Source of the DNA: Candidatus Latescibacterota bacterium
Lineage (GTDB): Bacteria; Latescibacterota; UBA2968
NCBI GenBank assembly: GCA_965204375.1
Contig: OZ241986.1
Coordinates: 2,048,001-2,112,000 of the forward strand
Direction: 5' to 3'
Length of the DNA: 64,000 nt
Under the pieces are notes generated by a model. The model saw only the letters and a program-made list of their open reading frames with translations, was not told where the DNA came from and ran no database searches. Positions 58,279-64,000 of this stretch are shown here, one piece after another; position 1 is the first letter of the stretch; every line of letters starts with the position of its first letter. The translations under genes were made by a program, and so were the position numbers.

Positions 58279-60234
58279 TCAATACAAATGAATCCAATGC
58301 CCCCGGCCCATAAACCACACCACATCCACCGCAAACGACACGCCAACCCCCAGCGAATATCCCGATAGCAATCCCGTAAACAACGGACGATACCGCCGAT
58401 AAAGCGTCACACCGCCGATTTTCACAATCAAAAACTTACACGCCCAGGCAATAAAAATAGACCACGTCGCTTTCGTAGCGCGACCACTTCCACCCACTGC
58501 AAACCCAATCGGATGCAACGGCCACCAGGGCAAACGGTAGCGCAACACCGTCAACAGCGTCATGCCCACCACACCAACCCCGAAAAATATCAGACGAGAA
58601 GACGCTGGTCCCTGAGGACTTTGCATCATACTTACTGCCCGCGCAAACACGCTATCGCGGCCATAGCGAAATGGAAACCCCCCAAAATTGTACGCCCCCT
58701 GTTCATAGCCCCATCCCAGACTCAAATAAATACACAGGGGAATGCCCACGAGCAGCGCCAGCCCCATGCTCTTGCCCAGTCGCCTCTGATCGGTACCGGC
58801 CAGATCACCCATCTTCGCACTATTGGCCAGAGACGACATAAACAGGCCCTTGCCGTGAAAAAACAGCCCCTCTGTAAATGCCAGCGTTGTAATCGTCCCT
58901 CCCGCCATAGATACCGAACCCAAACAATTGGTCACCAATGTCTGCGGACTCACCCCCCATGCCAGATAGAGCAATCCACTCTCACACACCACCTTTGCCA
59001 GTCCCAAACACACCCCGTAAAGCGCGAGCAAAAACAAAACGCCGATATACCACTCGATCCCGGCCATACACAACCACAACAGACAAAATCCCGATCCCAG
59101 AAACACGCCCAATACGGCTGTGCGGTAAGACACCATTTCACCCGAATCATCCACCCCGTACTTCGTATTGATCGCTTTTCTCACCACATCTCGCAGATGA
59201 TGCCGCGCCGTCCACAACGCCCACCAGACCAGCGCGAACAACGCCCCCAGATTTTCCCATGCACTCGCCGCACCCGTTCCCGGCCCCAAATCCAGACCAA
59301 TGCGGTTGAAAATCCCGTTCTGCGCCCAGTAAACCAAATAAAAAAACCACAGACTAAACAACACGTCCAGATTGGCAAAATAACCAAACCCGATAATGTA
59401 CAAATTGACCCGGTTGGTCATCGCGGGAAACCCGTCGATAAATACCAGATCTTTGCGCCCAAAAAAGTTGATACGGGGCCAGGCATCCCAGAAATACCAC
59501 ACAAAATTCCACGCCAAAAGCCCAAAACCCAAAACAAATCCGAACCAGAACAGCTTATTCCGCATCAGACCAGACAATATCCCTCCAATGCCGTCGTCTT
59601 CAATTAGATCGGACACCGGAGAAATCAGAGGATATACCAGACGCTCGTTTTCCACCCATTGCTTTCTCAGCATCACCGCCATACACAGCAGCACAAAAGT
59701 CAGCACCCCGATCAGACACATCCACCAGAATAACGGCATAATCCAGGCCGACCACGGCACTGAGCCTGAGGGCAGCCCCTCAAAAAATCCCTGCATTGCG
59801 CCGCGCTCATTCAAAGGCGCCAACCACGAAGGGATAGTCGGATGCAACAGGGCTTCCCATTGATTCTCTGGGGAAGCAAAATAATAAGGCGCAGCCAGCA
59901 CACCGAGGAAAAATCCCAAAAGACCGCTACCGGGTATATGCGCCCCGATCAATCCCATCGCGGCAACAGTCAAAAGCTCTGAACGCGAGAGCATATACCC
60001 CGGATAAATCCATTTCAAAAGTGGGTTCAAACCCAAAATCACAACCACAAACCACATGAAAAAACCCACGGGGAAATGACTCACGTTCATAGACGACGAC
60101 CGCGCCACCGGCTCCGAAAACGTAATCACCGCGACCTCTGCACAGACCAGCACCAGGCCCAGCAACACAGCGCGGGCGGTCACGCCCCGGTCGGCTGACT
60201 GAATCGCAACAGATGTATCAAAAGCCAGACTCAT
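58279..60234 (-). CDS. DUF6785/DUF6784-like (OPT-related) membrane protein, paralog 2
   Basis: YYFASPENQW, LRKQW.ENERL.YPL, YFANL.VLFS.WFFY, WWPLHPIG shared with 49775-51721. Confidence 0.75.
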   Translation of the reverse strand: MSLAFDTSVAIQSADRGVTARAVLLGLVLVCAEVAVITFSEPVARSSSMNVSHFPVGFFMWFVVVILGLNPLLKWIYPGYMLSRSELLTVAAMGLIGAHIPGSGLLGFFLGVLAAPYYFASPENQWEALLHPTIPSWLAPLNERGAMQGFFEGLPSGSVPWSAWIMPLFWWMCLIGVLTFVLLCMAVMLRKQWVENERLVYPLISPVSDLIEDDGIGGILSGLMRNKLFWFGFVLGFGLLAWNFVWYFWDAWPRINFFGRKDLVFIDGFPAMTNRVNLYIIGFGYFANLDVLFSLWFFYLVYWAQNGIFNRIGLDLGPGTGAASAWENLGALFALVWWALWTARHHLRDVVRKAINTKYGVDDSGEMVSYRTAVLGVFLGSGFCLLWLCMAGIEWYIGVLFLLALYGVCLGLAKVVCESGLLYLAWGVSPQTLVTNCLGSVSMAGGTITTLAFTEGLFFHGKGLFMSSLANSAKMGDLAGTDQRRLGKSMGLALLVGIPLCIYLSLGWGYEQGAYNFGGFPFRYGRDSVFARAVSMMQSPQGPASSRLIFFGVGVVGMTLLTVLRYRLPWWPLHPIGFAVGGSGRATKATWSIFIAWACKFLIVKIGGVTLYRRYRPLFTGLLSGYSLGVGVSFAVDVVWFMGRGHWIHLY

Positions 60235-61139
60235 TACTCTTTCTCCAGCTTATCCAGCTTCCGGCTAAAAACCAATTCGATCTCCGCTTTAATATCATCA
60301 ATAGGCTTTGAATCGCCTGCCATACGCACCTGCGGCAATCCCAGACCGATCTTCATATTGTGGGAAAGCACAAGCCCGCGGTCGATATCTATCTCCCACT
60401 CCGCATTCCCCGATCCCTTGCCATCAATCACCAGCGACAACACCTCAATGTGAAACCAAATTCGGTAATGTACCTCGCGCTCCTCCTCAATCTCCACCAC
60501 CCGGTATCCCTTTTGCTCTTTGACCTTCTTCAGCTTATACGCACTGGTAAACTGCACAAGTGAAGGCTCTAACCCGGCATCGAAATCGTAAAACGGCACC
60601 TCAATGCGCTGCTCACCCTCCCAGGCATCCCCGACCGACACCGCTCGATCGGGCAGCACGGGCGCGAGACCGGGCATCCAGACCTGCCGCAAATCCGTAA
60701 TCATATCCTTGCGTTTTGTCTTGAAAGCTGGAAAATCGGGATCAAACGCATCCACCTGTCCCCCGGGCGCAATCTCCCAGGCAAACGAAAGGTCATTCAA
60801 CAAATCCAGGGTATAGGGGAATTGCTCATAGGTCAACCGCTCACCTGTCAATATGGCCTGGCTCCCGGCCTTATCTACTTTGGCAGTCACTTTCACGCTA
60901 TCGCCCCCTTCAACTACTTCACGGCTCCGCCATTCCCCGTATCCCTGCATAGTAAACGAGCCTTCTCTCAAAATCATCTCTGCCTTATCGCTAAAATAGT
61001 CCAAGCGATACTTGTTCTTATAGCGCGCGATTCGCCCTTCGGGATACTGCAACTTCAACATCACCTGATCCGTAGCACAAACCTCTTCTCCCACCACCAT
61101 AATCCCTATCGCACACAGAATCCATCTCAAAACTTTCAC
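60234..61139 (-). CDS. Exported hypothetical beta-rich protein (DUF6263-like?)
   Basis: Hydrophobic N-terminus; LP...V.VGD.W motif; RBS AGGAGG. Confidence 0.6.
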   Translation of the reverse strand: MKVLRWILCAIGIMVVGEEVCATDQVMLKLQYPEGRIARYKNKYRLDYFSDKAEMILREGSFTMQGYGEWRSREVVEGGDSVKVTAKVDKAGSQAILTGERLTYEQFPYTLDLLNDLSFAWEIAPGGQVDAFDPDFPAFKTKRKDMITDLRQVWMPGLAPVLPDRAVSVGDAWEGEQRIEVPFYDFDAGLEPSLVQFTSAYKLKKVKEQKGYRVVEIEEEREVHYRIWFHIEVLSLVIDGKGSGNAEWEIDIDRGLVLSHNMKIGLGLPQVRMAGDSKPIDDIKAEIELVFSRKLDKLEKE

Positions 61140-61167
61140 GGCGTCCTCCTTCCTGATACCTCCCCTA

Positions 61168-63381
61168 TCAATCCAGCCTCTGCCTTCTTTCCCGGATCAA
61201 CACTTCCAACTCGCGCACAGCATTCGCATCTCTCGTGATTTGCCTGTACCCATCCAATGCTGCTGCCGCGTCCTCCACCCGCCCGGCCTCTGCATAGACC
61301 AGTGCCAGATTGTGGTAAGGTACAGCATAATTAGGATCCGATTCAATGGCTTTTTGGTACCAGTATATTGCCACATCCAGAGAATCCCGAAGCGTATATG
61401 TATCCCCCAGATCGGTATAATCCCGGGCTGTACCGGGTTGTGTTCTGAGCCGATTCCGAATATCTGTCTCCCACAACTCGCAAGCGTGATGCAGAGGTGC
61501 TACCAGGGTCGAATCCCTTGCCGCTGCTTCCCGCCACATTTTTACCGCCTCCGAGAATTGCCTGTTCCTGACAAACACAGTACCAAGCCCCGCATAAGCA
61601 TCTGCCATTCCGGGCCAGACCTTCAGAGCCTGCCGAAACGCAATCTCCCCGGCCCGGTCATCACCCTGTTGCAATGCATCAATGCCCACCTGCACCTGCG
61701 CCTCTGGATCGTCGGCAAGAAGATCTGTCACCATGGTTCGATATTCCATCAGAGCTTCCGATAGCTTATCCCTATCGCGCGGCAGATTCACACCCTCCAG
61801 CATCGAAGCCGCTCTTATGCGCACCAATCGCGAAGGATCATCCAACCGCTCAATCACAGCCTCAATACCCGCATTGCTTTCTTGAACCATCAATCCCTCT
61901 ACAGCCCGGGTGCGTACCATCGGATGTGGATCGCCCAGAGCATCTATCAAAGCCTTTTCAGCCCTCTCATCAGCCTGTCTGCCCAGTAACACGGCTGCCG
62001 AAGCCCGCAATACCATACTCTGGTCTTTCAAAAGCGCGATCAAACCATCCAGAGCCTTTGGATCTCCCATCCGTCCCAGAACAATTGCTTCGGCCTGAGC
62101 CTCTTCATCTGCCTGTGAACCCCACCACGTTTTTACCCAGCCCGCCGCCCAGTCGGGAGTCTGATCGCTGTGGCACCCATTACACGCATTTGGAATGCCA
62201 AACCGAACCGTATTTTCCGGTACCGGCGACAGAATGCGATGATCGTATATCCCAATGCGCTTCACCTCTTCTACAGGAGGCATATGGCAATCCACGCACC
62301 CCACCGTCTCGTGATTGCTATGCCTTTCAACAGGCTCTCCCACATCTATTCTGTGACAGTTCAAGCACACCCGATCATAGGTTGCGGCGCGGGTCTCGCC
62401 TTCCGCTCTCACAGGACCCAGGTGGTGAGAATCGTGACAACCAGCGCACGTCAGATGCCCCACCGTATAACACGAACTCATCAAAAAAGCCAGCGTGTTG
62501 TAGTTCAATTCGCGGTAGCGTCCATCTGCCCAGAACTTTTCGCTATCCAGCACTTCCAATTCGTAAAAGTCGTAAAATGGATCGCCCGGCTGATATCCCT
62601 CCCCAATAATCCGCTTGTGTGCGTGACACTGCGCGCAGACCTCCACTGACTGCTCCGAACTCAAAAATCTCAAATTTACCAGTGTCGTATCCCGCGCAGG
62701 TACCTGGTCCGGTAGCACTTTCCAGAATGCCACATGTTGGCCTCCAGACCCATGACATGTTTCGCAATTAATACTCAAGTCCGTCCAGCGCGTCGCGTAA
62801 GCACCTGTCTCTGGATCGTAATTTTTTTCGATCTGGCTGGCGTGACAGTCATGACATTGAAAATTCCAGTTCCGACCAAAATTCGTCCAGTAATTGACAT
62901 CGCCCGGCGCAAAGCCCTGCGGATGGTCGAACAACCCTTCTACTGGATCGAACCACGTCTGTTCCCGAACATCCCAATAGGCCGGCAGCACCTGAATGCG
63001 CCCACCCTCGAGCGTGGTCAAATACCACTGCGTATCCCTGTCTCCGATTGCGTATTCGATGGGATAGACTTCCCGTTTCCCATTCGCGCCATCCGTCTCC
63101 ATAAAATAGGTTCCGTCCTGCACAAACATTCGAGAAGTCATTCCCGTATAAGTATATGTATTGTTCCGCGTAAAATCCCCCCGCATAGTTTCGACCGAAG
63201 GCACTTGCATTGACCGCTGATGCAACGACCCCTGCCATTCTTTATAAGCATCCGGATGACACGTTGCACACGCCTCTGCACCCGTATATATCGCTTTGGA
63301 AGTTACTGGCTGTGGAGGATCTTCCGCGCATCCACATATCATTATCACAAAGAGAAAAGACCCCGGGATCACTGCACGCAT
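61168..63381 (-). CDS. Multiheme (8 CxxCH) cytochrome c + HEAT + TPR lipoprotein
   Basis: CATCH, CHDCH, CETCH, CAQCH, CAGCH, CLNCH, CVDCH, CNGCH; HEAT units L.D....VR; TPRs; lipobox-like ICGC. Confidence 0.9.
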   Translation of the reverse strand: MRAVIPGSFLFVIMICGCAEDPPQPVTSKAIYTGAEACATCHPDAYKEWQGSLHQRSMQVPSVETMRGDFTRNNTYTYTGMTSRMFVQDGTYFMETDGANGKREVYPIEYAIGDRDTQWYLTTLEGGRIQVLPAYWDVREQTWFDPVEGLFDHPQGFAPGDVNYWTNFGRNWNFQCHDCHASQIEKNYDPETGAYATRWTDLSINCETCHGSGGQHVAFWKVLPDQVPARDTTLVNLRFLSSEQSVEVCAQCHAHKRIIGEGYQPGDPFYDFYELEVLDSEKFWADGRYRELNYNTLAFLMSSCYTVGHLTCAGCHDSHHLGPVRAEGETRAATYDRVCLNCHRIDVGEPVERHSNHETVGCVDCHMPPVEEVKRIGIYDHRILSPVPENTVRFGIPNACNGCHSDQTPDWAAGWVKTWWGSQADEEAQAEAIVLGRMGDPKALDGLIALLKDQSMVLRASAAVLLGRQADERAEKALIDALGDPHPMVRTRAVEGLMVQESNAGIEAVIERLDDPSRLVRIRAASMLEGVNLPRDRDKLSEALMEYRTMVTDLLADDPEAQVQVGIDALQQGDDRAGEIAFRQALKVWPGMADAYAGLGTVFVRNRQFSEAVKMWREAAARDSTLVAPLHHACELWETDIRNRLRTQPGTARDYTDLGDTYTLRDSLDVAIYWYQKAIESDPNYAVPYHNLALVYAEAGRVEDAAAALDGYRQITRDANAVRELEVLIRERRQRLD

Positions 63382-63396
63382 TGATCTTCCTCTATT

Positions 63397-64000
63397 CTAA
63401 ATGGCTTCCAAAAAAGTCTCAGGCCATTTCGGCTCGTAATCGCTCTCAAATAGCCAGTCGAAATTCTCGGGCACAATATGCGCACGCTCGGGACGCAACT
63501 TCTCTCGCAGCCTCGGGAAAAACGACATCACGCCATCACGCTGACTCTTCGGCAACCCGCAGGACACGCCCGTAGCGACCCATGCCGTTAGCATTGCCTT
63601 GCGGGGCACCGTATCCTCGTTCTGCCATGCGGAATGCAATCCCCCGCTGCACAAAATCAAAATCTGACCTCGACGCGCAACGGCCGGAACCGGCTCTTGT
63701 TCCAGCCACGGCGCATCGACCAACTCGGGTACATGCTCGGGATAAGCTGGCGCAGTATCCGATGGCTCTGGACGCAACCCGTGGACGCGGGGCAACATCG
63801 CCTTGTGCTCTGGCGTCAAAACCCGGCTCCAGTGTTCCATAATCGGGCGATGGCTACCCGGCAAAATGCGCATAGCTCCCCGATGCTCGGGCACATCATT
63901 GACCCAGAACCACAACTCAGCTCGCATCCGGCGTGGCGTCGCCTGAAAATCCTCCCATGTCGCCTGGATATCGACATGGCATCCACGGGACCATTGCTCG
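63397..64000 (-). CDS. PhyH-family dioxygenase, 5'-partial (runs off the window)
   Basis: GAMRILPGSH, G..LHSAW.N....RK; the frame stays open to the window edge (GCHVD). Confidence 0.8.
   Translation of the reverse strand, partial: EQWSRGCHVDIQATWEDFQATPRRMRAELWFWVNDVPEHRGAMRILPGSHRPIMEHWSRVLTPEHKAMLPRVHGLRPEPSDTAPAYPEHVPELVDAPWLEQEPVPAVARRGQILILCSGGLHSAWQNEDTVPRKAMLTAWVATGVSCGLPKSQRDGVMSFFPRLREKLRPERAHIVPENFDWLFESDYEPKWPETFLEAI

Noticed and set aside
1-64000. rRNA, tRNA, IS or prophage genes
   Set aside because: No recognisable signatures by eye; intergenic gaps are short. Small ncRNAs cannot be excluded without an Infernal/Rfam search.

Overview
Gene-dense bacterial chromosomal window with no rRNA, tRNA, CRISPR array, transposase or integrase that I can recognise. 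(1) 1-11.8 kb: a type I restriction-modification locus (hsdM-hsdS-hsdR plus an M48/YgjP peptidase) interrupted by cargo: a truncated rhuM, a duplicated HigBA-like module, orphan antitoxins, an Mrr-like endonuclease and a nuclease-AAA+-DUF4143 fusion. The 3' tail of hsdS occurs three times in direct orientation around an identical 19-bp core, and each copy is followed by a different cargo gene. This looks like a cassette array accreting at the hsdS end and is my best candidate for an undescribed system. (2) 11.8-36.5 kb: mostly + strand metabolic and transport genes (PhyH, SDR, sugar ABC, transhydrogenase, SSS, ABC+DUF1854, RND, NMT1-type ABC) with interspersed small islets (Fic with a duplicated putative operator, HigBA plus thioredoxin, nucleotidyltransferase pair) and a LecA-like lectin. 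(3) 36.5-64 kb: one 19-gene minus-strand run with three CRTAC1/ASPIC-UnbV proteins, an UnbU/RnfD-like membrane protein, two DUF6785-like transporters, two RG-lyase-like propellers, TPR proteins, a TPR-redoxin and an octaheme-HEAT-TPR cytochrome. The gene repertoire resembles Latescibacterota/Gemmatimonadota/Poribacteria-type marine or sponge-associated genomes (inference only). All family calls come from motif recognition by eye; no database search was run.
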